A DNA stretch of 64,000 bases from the human T2T-CHM13v2.0 reference genome, Homo sapiens. Within the stretch, counting starts at the first letter, position 1, and each line of letters begins with the position of its first letter. The notes under the pieces were generated by a model. It worked only from the letters and a program-made list of their open reading frames with translations, did not search any database and had not been told where the DNA came from. The translations under genes and the position numbers were made by a program. The DNA lies in NCBI RefSeq assembly GCF_009914755.1, contig NC_060925.1; one strand, 5' to 3'. Shown one piece after another: positions 28,765-43,295 of the stretch.

Positions 28765-29217
28765 GCATTAAACAACAAGAGCTAGAAGTGGGTTTAACAA
28801 CTATCATAATTTTGAAGTAGTGATAAGTAAAAATGACATCATGTAATGTGATAGGAAATTATTTGTGATTTCTATTGCCTCAAAGCCACAGGTTCTGTTG
28901 ATACTACTGTAGTTTGTTGCCTACATTGATCATTGAAGTAAACAGTGAGTTTCAGTCAGAGGTTAGTGAAAACAAAGATGTAAATTTTTCCCCACTCAAG
29001 CTCACAGCCTTCTGAACACGATCTCAGGGGCCCATGGGCCCCAAGTTAAGAATCCCCAGTGATGAATCAGGACTCTTTCATGGTAATAGTAGTGCAAGAG
29101 AATGATTATCTCCATCTTCCCAGAGAAAAGAAGATGAAGGCCAAGGACAGAAAGGACCAATGGGTGAGCTGCAGGCACTAGGTAGGCTCTTGCTCCCAAA
29201 TTCCCAGAATTACTCAC

Positions 29218-29360
29218 TGACAGTGTTGACTTCCAAGGCTCTGAATATCAAAAAGTCTGCCTTTTGCTTCCGCAGCTCACTCTTGAGCATCGCTGCCACC
29301 TCATGGCCTTTGAAGATCTGGTGGGGAGGCTCGTTTTGAACAAAAAATACCATTTTGGTG
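29218..29360 (-). CDS. KIAA0319L: KIAA0319L ex17
   Basis: 143 nt, AG/GT. Encodes TKMVFFVQNEPPHQIFKGHEVAAMLKSELRKQKADFLIFRALEVNTV. Confidence 0.93.
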
Positions 29361-32300
29361 CTGCAGAGACATGCAACAGTACTAATGAGCTGAAGCGGTC
29401 CATACCTGCAGCAACAGCTAACATTTACTAAGTACCTTCTGTTTGTGACAGACACTGTGCTAAGTGTTACATGCATTCTGTTACTACAAGCCAGTGAGAA
29501 AGGTGTTATCAGGGTCATCTCCATTTTACAGAGAACAACACTGGGGCTTTGTAAGAGGGGTTAAGTAACTTGCCCAAGGTCACACAGTTGATTATGGCAG
29601 AGCCAGATCCCAACCCTGTTATGTCTGACTACAAAGTCTGTTCTTTTTAAAATGCCCTAAGCTGCCCCAGCTAACAAAAGAACCCATTCCTCCAGCAAGA
29701 AGACCCATACTCTCCATCTAACTGGAGGATGAGACAAATGGGGATTTGGTATGGCTACATTCCTGCTGTCCACCTTTTTCCAGCTAAGACTGCTGGGTTT
29801 GTGACTAGTTTACTTGAAAGACAAACCACAATGCTTTGTTAATGTAAATTGTTGGACAGCATCACAACATAGCCAAAACAATTATGATGACAACAAAAAG
29901 ATCTTACACTGTAGTATGGCTGCTATGAACTTATATTACTCCATGCCCAGAATCTGTTTGCTGATTGTCAATTCCTGTCCAAGATAGGCCACATGTGAAC
30001 TCACATCTGGGTAGTACCAAGTCTGTTCTATGCCTTAGCCTTAATTTTTAGTAGCCTGCCCCTTGAGCTCCATGTGAGTTTTACAATTAGAACCTTCTAA
30101 ATCAGTGAGTCACACTGGTTTACAGGTGTGACCAAGATATTGATCCCCTCATCATGCAGTGTGGCTGGGTGGGACCTGGGCATCCTAGAGGCCCTGGACC
30201 AGTTGCTTCCAATACAAGCAGCCTTCTCTGTTTATCCCAAGGTGCCCTATAAATGGTATCATTTTCCAGGCATGCATGACATAAAATCTGAGAAGTACTG
30301 CCACAGACTTTCTAAAAGCTTGCTGCACAGTGGGATTAACAATGGGGCATTATCAATTCCAGAAACAAACAAACAAAAAAAAACTTTTGCCATAAAGGAT
30401 GTGTGGTCCGTTGCCCATTATCTTCTCCCAGTTACCTAATTCATGCTTACAGTTTCAATTTCGGTCTATATATCAATAACCCTCAGATCTTTATCTCCTT
30501 TCCCCACATCTCTCCTGAGTGACCAGTCTATATCTGCAAATACTTGTGTGAATATCTACCCCAGAGCTTCAACAGATACCTCAAATCCAACAAGTCTCAA
30601 AATCAACTCATAACCATTAATTGCACACTATGTGTGAGGGACTATACAAACATTAACTTATTTAATCCTCATAACAATCCTATAAATAGGTACTAGTATT
30701 TTCACAGATAGTAAAACAGGTTCAGAGAGGTGAAGTAACTTTCCCACAGAGCTAACACTAGTAGGGCAGGGCTCAGAAGCTGGGTCTAATATAAGGGCCA
30801 TGTTCTTTCCTACTGTAAAATACTATTTTCTTCCAATCACATGTTCTTCCTGAATTCCTTAACTAAGTCAATCCAGTACAAGCCAGAAGCTCAGGGAAAC
30901 CCAGAAGCTTCTCTCTTGCTCATGCCCCCTATGCAGTGCTGGTGAATCTGAGCAACCTGTCAACAGTGCTCTTACCAGCACTCTTGCTAACATCTTTCCA
31001 CTGCTTGCCAGCCAATTCCCGCCAGCTTGGATCAATCAAGCAGCCATTTGCCCTGTTCCTACTCCCAGGCTGCTGAGTATACTTATCCCTAATCGTGCTA
31101 TCTCTGACCTAGTGAGCCCTGACTGTAGATTAAATTCACCTGGGGAGCTTTTCCATTCTAGGTACCCAGACCCCACTCCAGACCAACTGAACTATAATCT
31201 CTGGGGCTAAGGCTTGGGCAGTGTTATGTTCAGACAACCTCCGCAAGATTCTATTGTGTGGCTGGAGTTGGGAACCACTGCTCTCACCTCATGTTTCCAA
31301 CTTGGCTGGTCCCCCAGATCTGCCTCCATTTATTACCCATCCCCTATCTCCACCATCTCCTTTTCCTCTCAGTCTATACAAATGCTCACAAACTTCCTAT
31401 TTTAAAAAGATGTTCATGTTCCACAAGGACCACAATGAAAAAAAATTTTTAAAGATATTCTTTCAATCCTACCTCCCATATTATTTTCAGCACCAACTTC
31501 CTCAAAAAGGTGTTATACTGACCATCTCTGTATCCTCAAACCATGAAATCTGTCCTCTGCCTCCAACATCTAAGTAAAATGCTCTCACTATAGTTGCACT
31601 GATCTACTAATCACAAACCCATAGGCCTACTTTGTGTTCTCACCACACCTCCATCCCTGTAGCATCTGAATCCTTTGGAAGCACCCCTTTTGCCAGATCA
31701 CCCCTTAACTTCCAGCAGACTACTCTCATTTGGTTTTCCTCCCACCTGATTGCTGTTTCTTAGTTTCTTTTGCTACCTCTTCTTTCTCTGCCTCCTCCTT
31801 AAATAATGATGCCCTTCAGAGTTGTGTCCTTATCCATCTTAGCTCTCTCCTAGTGAGACTCACCCGTTCTCATGGCTTTGGCTCCTGCCTGTATGCAGTA
31901 ACTCCTATCTCGGGCTCTTCCTTCCACAAGTTCCAGCCTTTACTTGTGGCTATCTGACGGAACATCTCCTGACGCAGCCAGTAAGACACCCCAAATTCAA
32001 TCATCCATACTGGTTTCGCCTGCCTTCCCAATCTCAGTTAATGACCTGAACCATCTATCCAGACATCCAAACCAAAAGCCTCACATTTGCTATCTCACTC
32101 ACCTTCATTCGTAAAGGGCCAGGTACTACTGAATTACCACTGAATTTCTTTTAATTTCTTCTCCTCTTCTTCCACTATCTTAATTCAGGTTTTATTACCT
32201 TTTCACTGGACTAGTCCAGAAGCTTCCTGAATGGTCTCCCAGCCTTTGGTCTCTCCCTATTTTAGACTAGCTTCCACACTACTGATCTTTCTTTAAAAAA

Positions 32301-32650
32301 AAAAAAAAAAAAATCAAATTATGGAAATTCCTTGCTTTTAAAAACAAAACAAAAACTTCACACACATAAAACAAACCAACTTGGATCTGCCTACCCAAAC
32401 TATTAAAACTAAGATCCTCAGCTTGCATATAACTGTTCTCAATCTCCACTGCCAGTCTTGTCTTCTACCACATCCTGGGGCCACTAAGCTTGAACCAAGT
32501 GACTTCTTCTGGAAGAAACTGTGTACTTTCATACCACAGGGCCATTGCTCAATGCTGTTGCCCTGTTCTGAATTTCCTCCCCATCCTCCCATGCCTGGTC
32601 AATATAAGTTTCCTTTTCCCCTTTTTTTTTCTTTTTTTTTTTTTTCTTGA

Positions 32651-33016
<366 letters not shown>

Positions 33017-33229
33017 TGACCTCCTACACCCTGGAGCCCTGCTGAAGTGTCTAGTACAGCGCATGTCACCTGCACTAGAAGACAGAAGTCTATTGAAGAA
33101 AAGGCAACATGAGTGTTTCTGGTCAGAAAGCCCACCTTTCTCTATCTAACCACACTATTTCTCAGCTCATTCAAGAAGCCCGGGGGCCCCTGGTCTTTCC
33201 TTTGCTCCCCCCATTCATTGCCCAGCTAC

Positions 33230-33389
33230 CTCTGCTCCGTGTACGGCTGAATCTTTTGCACAATGATGTCGGAATCCAGCACCCCCAGGAGGACCCCAAT
33301 CTGGCGGATGAACATCCCCTTCAGCCTCTCAGTTAGCTGACTGACGTTGATATCCAAGATGATCTCCACCAGGTTGTTTTTCCTGGGAT
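33230..33389 (-). CDS. KIAA0319L: KIAA0319L ex16
   Basis: 160 nt, AG/GT. Encodes DPRKNNLVEIILDINVSQLTERLKGMFIRQIGVLLGVLDSDIIVQKIQPYTEQ. Confidence 0.93.
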
Positions 33390-34923
33390 CTGGAAAGCAT
33401 GTGGATCAGTCATGGCTTTAGAAGTAGGAGAGTAAACACAGACCTGCCACTGTGCATTTGCTTTGGCACAGGAGAGAAAGGAGTGAGAACATTCAGATAT
33501 CCTTCAAATGGAAAGGGACAATAGTGAATTCCTGATCGGGCAATCTGGGGCTGGCTTAGAAAGCTTCTAAAGCACTCCTGCTCTCTATACCAACCTGAGA
33601 ATTCCCACACATGTGCTGGGGATAAGGCTGAAGCAGTGATGCAATGAGGGGTGGGGAGTAATGACGGGAGTGGGGAAGAGAGAAACACTTAAACATTTGT
33701 TTTAAAAGCCTCTGTGCAACTGGCAGTGCTGAGCAATCCAGGCCAAGTGGGGGTTATTAAGCAATCTCTCCTGACTCACATCTGATTTTCAGTGCCTCGC
33801 TGTATTTTGTGCACAACAATGGGAGGAAAAGTGTCCATCTCAACAACCTCCTCAATAATGGGAATGCATCCGTCCCTCCAGGTTTAAATACAGTTAACAA
33901 AAGAAAATCCAGTCAGCCAAGACACAAGGATTTCCTTAGAGCCACATCACAGCTGCACTATCTTTGTATAACTCTAAAACGGTGAGGCTATCATGTTTTA
34001 CTTTTGAATATGTCCTAAAGATGTTCTACATTTGGAATTTCAAACTGATTGTTTGGAATGCCTTATTTACATACTTGAATGCACCACTTGCCTGTTCTGA
34101 TGTATAATTTGCATAATTAGTAGACTATCTGTGATCTGACTTTAAACACCAAAGAGATTTTATAGTGTCTCAGCTACTGTCCTTCCTAGAGGCAGGACAA
34201 GGACTGGAAGACCTCCCAAGATCCCTTCCTGTCCAAAACATCCATATATGAGGTTGGCCTAGATAATAAAGAGTAGGTTTAAAGTTAATACCATTTCATC
34301 AGAAGCTCAGGAATTTATACAGCTCTATCCCACCTCCATACTCAGTGCCTCCCTATCACCATATTAATCTCAAAGCAAAATAAAAACATGGTTCTATTTA
34401 AGAAGAAAATTTTTATTTCTGCAAAGCTGAAAAATGTAAAGAGCACTATTACTTTACCTTCCCTGGATTATCAGACAAGGCCTGAGGCTCAACTTATAAA
34501 AATAAATTGTTTTCTGCATCTGGATGCTGATGAGACATCATGACTCAAGCTATTCCCATGCTCAGATTCCCAAGCACTCTGAGCCCTCTCTCATCAGTCA
34601 CGAGGAGAGGAGAAAGTGCTGGACTACGAGCACAAAGGCCTGGCTCTGACACAACTGCTGTGTGACACTGAGCAAGTCCTGCCCTCTCTGAGTTTGTTTC
34701 TCCATCTGAGATGAATAGGGGGAGGTCTGTATTTCTGCATGGGTAGGAGGTATTATTGGAACAGACGGTCTCTATGGATTTTTCAGCTTGGGGTTTCTCG
34801 ATTATTTTTAAAGCTGGACATGCCATCTGGCTCTGTCCATGCTCGGGGAAGGGGATCTCAGGATAGAGGCCTTGATTGGCTGATTCAGCAATTCTACTCA
34901 GCCTCATCACTAAATGAACTCAC

Positions 34924-35062
34924 CAGGTTTCACCTCCACAGTGGTCCGGTCTGTGTCACTCTCACCCTTTGCATCGGTCACTTTCAGGTGAAAAGTGTAG
35001 GTTCCCTCAACCAGGTTTGAAAGAAAAAGGATAGGGTGATGGTCAGAGTGATTTAACACCTC
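34924..35062 (-). CDS. KIAA0319L: KIAA0319L ex15: PKD5 C-half
   Basis: 139 nt. Encodes EVLNHSDHHPILFLSNLVEGTYTFHLKVTDAKGESDTDRTTVEVKP. Confidence 0.95.
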
Positions 35063-35414
35063 CTGTAGGGTTGAACAACATGGCTATGTTACAGAACAAA
35101 ATGCCATTCCTTTCCTGGAGTCAGTTGCTGCTTTCACCATAACTAGGCCCTTCAGGGCTGAACTGTTTCAACCTTGGGCAGTTCCTGATACGGAACAGCA
35201 TTGCAGCCTACAACTGCTAGGATCAGGGAAGGGAAACCCATTCTGTGCTATACTAGCTTACAGAATGACCCTAAGCAAGTCACTTCACCTCCCTGGATTT
35301 CAGAGAACAATCTGGGTTTGATATAAGGGACCACTTGATTAAAGCATATACTGGAACGCGTGGCTCCTCCTCCTCCCCACTCCTGTGTAGCTCTCCAGCT
35401 CCTAGCACACTTAC

Positions 35415-35566
35415 CCCTGCTGCTGGGCTCCCCTCATCTCGAGTCCAGAGGTAGCTGACTATTCCCTTGTCATCTGAGGACTTAGAGCCATCCAGCTCTG
35501 CTGTGCTCGTGGGTAGGGTAATCACCACATTCCCAGTTATCTTGGCTATAGGTGGTTTGTTTATTT
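35415..35566 (-). CDS. KIAA0319L: KIAA0319L ex14: PKD5 N-half
   Basis: 152 nt. Encodes EINKPPIAKITGNVVITLPTSTAELDGSKSSDDKGIVSYLWTRDEGSPAAG. Confidence 0.95.
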
Positions 35567-36684
35567 CTAATCAAAAAGAAATCATTGACATAATGTGACA
35601 TTCTGGAAAAGAAGAAATGTTTCTTCATGATGCTTATGGGGAAATTAAAACATCAAGAGTACCTTAACTGGAGAACCTTTTTAAGTGCCTGTCCCTGCCA
35701 CCAACCAACAGTGTAGATGAAAGCTACCAGCGCTGCAGTCCTGAGGTTCCAGTCCTACCCAGAGAAATGTTCTCCTAACACTGTACAACAGAGGGGACGA
35801 GTGTGCTTTCCTCTCATATTCTCCCAGCAGCCTTCCCAAATGGAATCCATTTCTCTGCTTTGGAGGTATGTGATGATCAGAAATAACGGCCCAAACTGGC
35901 TTAAAACCTTGGAGTTTAGGTTTCACCTAGCTGATCTTGCAAATTCTCCTTCAAAATATCTTAAAATGTTATTCTCTGAATATCTTTTTGGACCCCTTCC
36001 TTGGAACTTCACAAGAGAAAACAAAGAGCTACCTCTCTTATTCGGAGCCCCACGTGAAGCTCTGTATATTCAGATGTCTGTGCAGTATTTACTCAGCTTG
36101 GTATCTTATGTCTGGAGGTCTGCATATCTGATGGTTTTTCCTGCTATCAACTTAAGGCCCTCAACTTAAGGCCCTCTCCCACAGCTCTCACTGGTCACTG
36201 TGCCTGTAAACTAGAGCAAGGCCTCTGGCTGGCCTCAGCTCAAAGGCTCAGGGCAAGCATAGTCAGCTGTAGTGCGGCCGTCATTCTCAAGCCTGACAGC
36301 AGGTGTCACTGTAGCTAACAGGAGTCACGGCCCAGGTCTCAGCAATGCAGAGGGGCAAAATAAAAATGCAAAGAATAGAACCCTTAATTCTTTCCCTATT
36401 CAACTGAGAAATAAAGTAAGGAGGGAAGGAGGGAGGACTGAAAAGAAAGTAAGGGGATGAGAGGGAAGGGAAGATGTAAGCAGGAGGAGGGAGGGAAGTT
36501 AAAATTCACCTTACAGTCCAATTAAAGGCTGTTTTAGAAAAGAAAATAACAATTGCCCTCACCCCAACCCTCTTACCCACCTCTTGCTATCTCTAATCAA
36601 TTTCTGCAGGCAAACATGACAGGATAAATTCTTCAGCTATCTGACCCTAAGAGGCTGCTACACAAACTGGAGGCAGAGAGGTAC

Positions 36685-36833
36685 CTTCTTTGACAATGAC
36701 ATTCACAGAGCTCTGGCTTTGCAGGTTCCTCTCATCTTTGACAGTCAAGGTGAACACATAGGTCCCCACTTGCAGCCCAGTCACAGTAGCAACACTGCTG
36801 TTAGCATTCTCGAGCTGCACCCCATCAGGTCCC
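36685..36833 (-). CDS. KIAA0319L: KIAA0319L ex13: PKD4 C-half
   Basis: 149 nt. Encodes GPDGVQLENANSSVATVTGLQVGTYVFTLTVKDERNLQSQSSVNVIVKE. Confidence 0.95.
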
Positions 36834-38613
36834 CTGCAAAAAAAGAAACTAGAGGGTAGAGTTGTACCTGTCTGCTGCTGTCCTGTCCCTAACTTAGCAG
36901 GAGGAGACAATGACTCCCTCAGCAAAGACACGAACTACTGTTACCCAGACCTTGACAAGACATGTTTAAAAATATTTCAATTGGACAAAGTGTCATTTGG
37001 CCTCAAAATACAGGCTGCCTGCTGGTCAGAAAATTCAAATAGCTTTCAAACACCTCTAGCCTTATCCTTTATATGAGCTTCTAGAACACTTGAACGCTTT
37101 ACCATTCTAGTTTGTAAAAGGAAGAAAGTTCTCTGAGCAAGTCTCTGATCAAAAGAATGATTTAAGAGTGATGTTTCTAAAAAGCATTTCTGGCCCAGTA
37201 GTTGGTTTGGCTCTTGCCAGCAAGGAAGCAAAATGCATTTCTTAATCACGTGCCCAAATCCTTCCTGATGAAAGAAAAGGAAATGGGGCAAGACTGCAGA
37301 GGAACTCTCAGGACAAAATCATCTTGTTTGTAGCAACTCTATAAGCAAAGTTCCCTCCAGCTCCTGGACAGGGGCCATCAAGCACCTAGGACACCCTACA
37401 ACCCTTCTTCCCCCTTGTGGCCTCAGAGACTTGCCTGCAGCAGCCAAGGGAGCTCTGTGCCAACATTCAGGCTGCACACAGCCAGAGAGCCCTCTGCTCA
37501 AGGATCAAAATGCCCCAGAGCTTTTAACTACAGGAAAGCCAGAGAAATCTGCAGACATCCAGGATTTACTTTGTTTTGCCTTTTAAAGTTACAGCCTCTG
37601 ATCCTGGTAGCTCCTCCTGAAGCACAGTCTCCTTCAAGAAGCTATGCTAAGCATTATCTCTGCTGTAAACACTAATAAAACTCAGCTAAAAGGTCTATCA
37701 GCCATATCTTCAATAAACAATTATAATTAAAAACACCCTGGGCTGGGTAAGATTATGTTCTACAAAAGATAAAAACAAGAGCTGAGGGAAATAATTTCTA
37801 GATTCCAACTCAGCAATCTCAAAAGCAAGTCATTTGTATAGTCAAATTAAAGTTCTTTTCCACCCATCTCCAATGCCTTTGTCAAACAAACAAACAAACA
37901 AACAAACAAACAAACACAATACAAAAAAAAACCCAGGCTGTCCTATGGTTGCTACCTTTGGAAACAGAGAATACTTTTAACTCTTCTTAGAATTCTTTTG
38001 CTACTTGTGGGATCCTGCATATAATTTCAGTTGCATTAGTTATGCTTTAAAGGAGCTAAAAGAAACTACAGGAACTAAGAATGGTTCAGTTAGGTAATTT
38101 CTATGTAATTAGAATTATTTTGATTACCGCCTTTGGCCTCTGGCTAACTTAATTGGTAAATGGTGTCTTCAAGAAAACAATAACAGAGTAATGCTTTCAT
38201 TTTATGGATGTATTTTCAATTTCTCTTAATAGCTGCTCTGCCCCATCCCCCGTGCCAGCCTTACCCAGTTAATTCTGAGCAACAGTATTTTTCTGCTCCA
38301 TTACCCCTTCCATCCTGCCTCTCAAGTGTAATTAAACTCTGCATTTCAGCAGATGGATTGTACCTGAAAAAGCACCAGGATCACACAGTACTACCTGGGG
38401 ACTAGTTGATGGCAAGCATTCTTTTTTTCTTACAAAAATTATGATTATAATATCATTTTCTTGGAGTTGAAGTTTGGAATTGCAAACATTTCTTCCTCAG
38501 TCACCCCACTGGATAAGCCAATAAGAGCAACTCAACTCATAATAGCAAATAAAACCTTGCTCTTCCAAGGTCTGGAGGCTTTGCAAAAATAAGGATTTTG
38601 TGTCAATACTCAC

Positions 38614-38746
38614 TGTGTTTTTTCCCAGAGATATGAGATAATTTTCTGATCATCTGAGCTCTTGCTGCCATCCAGGGTTGTGCTATCCACAGGAAGGGTC
38701 AGCTCTTTATCTGGGCCTGCATCTGCCTGAGGAGGCTTATTGTTTT
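38614..38746 (-). CDS. KIAA0319L: KIAA0319L ex12: PKD4 N-half
   Basis: 133 nt. Encodes ENNKPPQADAGPDKELTLPVDSTTLDGSKSSDDQKIISYLWEKTQ. Confidence 0.95.
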
Positions 38747-39086
38747 CTGGAAGACAAAGAGTTAGAGGTCAAAAGCAGCCAGTCCAGGTGGGAAAGGAGA
38801 GGAACCAATTGGGACACATGTTCTGGAAGCCATGGACTCTGCCTCTCAGGCCACAGAACTGTCAGATACTGTGGGAGATGTGGTTACCGTCAGGGAGCAC
38901 ACAATAAAGAATATAAGGCTGAAACATATCAAGCAATTCTGACAGAAACATAGAACATAATGAAGTTATAATGCCATACTAAACTTGAACTCTAATGCTA
39001 AGGGAGTTCAAATGAAAGGATTTGAGTGACAAGACAGGGCTGTCCTGAGGAAGTCAGTTTTAAGCAGGCCCTTCAAGGACGTGGTA

Positions 39087-39146
39087 TTGGGTTGGTGCAA
39101 AAGTAATTGCTATTGAAAGGAATGGCAAAAACCGCAATTACTTTTT
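39087..39146. mobile_element. MADE1 fragment
   Basis: ttgggttggtgcaaaagtaattgc...aatggcaaaaaccgcaattactttt. Confidence 0.85.
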
Positions 39147-39418
39147 AGGATTTGGGATGGCATAAACTCTATTTCCTAGGTCTCTTTGAAGGTACCAACA
39201 ACAAGCCAAGGGAAGGGCACAAGCTGAGGCTGGGAAGTATCCTTCATCTCTAGCTATGAAGAAAGCACAAGGGGAAGGAACAATAGAAGTCACCAGAGGC
39301 TCTATGGATCGGTGCCTTCTGCTTCTACCCTCATACAGCTCAGAACCCAACACTCTTTTCCCCCAAGGTTAAATGGACCCACCAATAGAAGAGCCTGAAC
39401 CACAAGGCTGGAGCTTAC

Positions 39419-39542
39419 CAGGTTGCACAATAACAGTCACTTGAGCAGTGGCCTGCTGTCCTATTGTGTCAGTCACTGTGAGCTGGTAAGTGTAGTCTCC
39501 TTCTTGCATCGCAGAGAGCTGTAAGGTTGGTGTTCTAACACC
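39419..39542 (-). CDS. KIAA0319L: KIAA0319L ex11: PKD3 C-half
   Basis: 124 nt. Encodes GVRTPTLQLSAMQEGDYTYQLTVTDTIGQQATAQVTVIVQP. Confidence 0.95.
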
Positions 39543-40625
39543 CTACAAATACAAATACAGAAGTGGAAAAGTGGACTCCAGGAATCACATCACACAATAA
39601 TTCCGACTCTGGTAAAAACGATTTAGTTTTCTAAACCAAAGACCTAAGATGGTACTGGGCTATTACGTACCAGTTCAGCATGTGAGTGAATATGGAGTCA
39701 GATATCATGAGGCACCTTGCTAAGGGTTTCCCCCTTCAAGGAAACAACCCTCTCTGACACAGCAGCAGTTTCAAATAAAGCCAGAACTCTCATAAGAGAG
39801 GGCAGTATTGGGAAATGTGCAGAGATTACCAAGGCCAGTCTCTATGACTCAAACCAGAAAGAATACCGTGAACAAACAATAAATGACCCAGTTTTAAAAA
39901 CACTGTTTAAAAAGATCCTCTTCCTACTGAAGCTACACAGTGCTCCTAACAAAGCTGTCTCAGTGAAACATGGCAGCAGCTCAAGATGCTGTATAACACC
40001 ATACTGTCTCCTTCAGGTCTGTACAGGTTCTGCAACAACCTAACATAACATTTAAACAAAAGTCAGGTAAAATGGAGGCTTTAAGGGAGGCCTTAAAACT
40101 GAGAAATATAGAATCTTGAGGGACATTATAAATAATTTTGGGCAAACTTCCAATGCAGGAACTTCCTGTAGAGCAGTAGGCAAAAACTAGTAGCCCATGG
40201 GCTGAATCCAGCTTGCAAATATTTTTTTTGGCCTGTGGTGTCTCTCATATTGGAAATTTTCACATAAAGGTCTCAATTTCTTTCTTCTCTTGAAAAGCTG
40301 GGTTATCAAGCAATGTTAGGACCATCCTTCCATGTGGCAACAACCAGCTGGACCTGAAGAGTAGATGACTCCTTTAGTCAGGGCTTAAGTTCAGCACAGC
40401 CACCATCCAGTTTTCTTTCTTTATGTTACCTGCCTGGTGACAGATCTAGTCTCTCTTCTTAAGCATCTCTAGAGAGAAGATACTCACCATCTAGCCAATC
40501 TACTCTAACTTGTTATAGAGCTCACTAAGATTTGCACCCTTGTAGCTTCTAAATAGTTTGACTCTCTGGAGTCATCCAGAACAACTAACATTTCTCAGCC
40601 TTTTCCTCTAATACTAAACATTTAA

Positions 40626-40934
<309 letters not shown>

Positions 40935-41068
40935 AAGATAAAGATTTTTGCTACCACGTTAATCAAAGGCCCCTAAAGCTTTCTCAGTTTGTTTGGAGGT
41001 TTCTAAAAATGCAGTCCAGCAGCTCTACTTCTCTTGGGCAAGAAAAAATAGGAACCATTCCCTCCTAC

Positions 41069-41297
41069 CTGCATCTCCACCACTTTCCCTTTGCTGCTTG
41101 GGCTGAGTGACCACTCATAGCTGGTGATGCCATGATCATCAGTGCTCTGGTTCCCAAAGAGGGTGATGGAGTTTTGGGGCAGGGTGATCACTTGGTTGGG
41201 GCCTGCGTTGGCCACAGGGGGGTAATCCACAGCTTTGTTCACTGTCAGGTTTGCAGTAGTAGAGTTGGTAGCTCCATCAGAGTCTACTACAGTCAAG
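41069..41297 (-). CDS. KIAA0319L: KIAA0319L ex10: PKD2 end and PKD3 N-half
   Basis: 229 nt. Encodes LTVVDSDGATNSTTANLTVNKAVDYPPVANAGPNQVITLPQNSITLFGNQSTDDHGITSYEWSLSPSSKGKVVEMQ. Confidence 0.95.
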
Positions 41298-41554
41298 CTA
41301 TCAGGGCAGAGAGAGGAGTGTGATCAGGGACGGGTTTAAGGAAAGAGGAATAAACACTAGAAGACTGAAAATTAAGGCTAAGAAATACCAATGTGGCAAG
41401 GTTACCTATTCTTACCCACTTCTATTGGAGAAGCAGAAAGTACTACTAGAAGCTAACACTGACTGAAGTTTTATGATGTGCTAGGCACTGCTCCAAGTTC
41501 TTTATATCTCATTAAATCCTCACAACAATTCTATAAAGTATCATCCTCATTTTA

Positions 41555-41882
<328 letters not shown>

Positions 41883-42022
41883 GGAAGGAAGGAAGGAAGG
41901 AGAGATGGAGGGAAGGAGGAAGGGAGGGAAGGAAGGAGGGAGGGAGGGAGGGAGGGAAAGAAGGAAGGAATGAAGGAAGGAAGGAAGGAAGGAAGGAAGG
42001 AAGGAAGGAAGGAAGGAAGGAA
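41883..42022 (+). repeat. GGAA/GGAG polypurine microsatellite with a perfect (GGAA)12 at 41975-42022
   Basis: Direct count; appears to have expanded from the Alu A-tail. Confidence 0.95.
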
Positions 42023-42984
42023 GCAAGCTTGCCCAAGGTCATACAGCTTGAAAGCAGTGGAGTCAGGTTCTGATCCAGGCAATATGTCTCCAGCGCCATT
42101 TTGTCCTGCTGCTGCCTGCACGCATCTGTGTCCTGAGGTCTCTATAAGAATTGTCTGATATGGCCCTCATAACAACCATATAGAGTAGGCATCATTGATT
42201 CCAGTTTTATAAGAGGCTTAGAGAGGCTAAGTAACCCACCCAAGGGCTATATAGTGAGCCAAGATGCAAGCATAGTTCTCTGATTCCAAAGCTCAGAAAC
42301 CAAATCTTAAGAAGAGGTAATTCTTAGTCCCTATTCCCGATTCCCTACGCTATGTAGTGCAAGCTCCGTCTGCAGCAGGCTGTTTTCCCATCATCCTGTT
42401 CCAGCTGTTTACACATCACAACGATGGACATCCTAGGCAGACAGCCTGCGGGACGAACCAGGAGGGCTGGCTCCAGTAAGGCAGGAGCTTGAGATGAAAA
42501 TGAATTCTCCTACGCAACAGTCCCACAATTTGTGCCAGTGAGACACAGGATTTGCAAAAAAAAAAAAAAAGAAAGAAAGAAAATAAAAAAAAATGTTCAT
42601 TTATAAGAGCAGGCTTTTACCTAAATGATGCCTTCCAGCTGAACAGCCTAAAGCTTCTCATGCCACCTCAAAATGTGAGCATAAGCAAGCAAGGAGGTTT
42701 GGGATCTTTCCATTTTGCTGACAGAAAGAGGAAAAGCATAGAAAAGACATGTAGTTTGTTTAAATCTCACCACCAGCCACAGACAGGGCCAGACGTCAGT
42801 GAGGTTTTATCCTGCAGTCTCACCTTTTACCTATGGTGTGAAGGGGATTTTTGGTATTACAGCCTTTAGGAAAAAAGCACAAAAACCTCAGACACACAAA
42901 CATGTACCAATCAGCAGATATCTGAAAAACAAAAATTTACAGAAGTTTTGCCTCTTTTCCTAGTTTCTCTGTTGTTTTCACAGG

Positions 42985-43295
42985 TTTGGGTTTTTTTGTT
43001 TTGTTTTTTTTCTGAGACGGAGTCTCGCTCTGTCGCCCAGGCTGGAGTGCAGTGGTGCGATCTCGGCTCACTGCAAGCTCCGCCTACTGGGTTCACGCCA
43101 TTCTCCTGCCTCAGCCTCCTGAGTAGCTGGGACTACAGCTACCTGCCACCATGCTCAGCTAATTTTTTTGTATTTTTAGTAGAGACGGGGTTTCACCTTG
43201 TTAGCCAGGCTGGTCTCGATCTCCTGACCTCATGATCCACCCGCCTCAGCCTCCCAAAGTGATGGGATTACAGGCATGAGCCACTGCGCCCAGCC
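42985..43295 (-). mobile_element. AluY
   Basis: ctgcaagctccgcc, ttcacgccattctcc and ggtctcgatctcc diagnostics. Confidence 0.85.
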
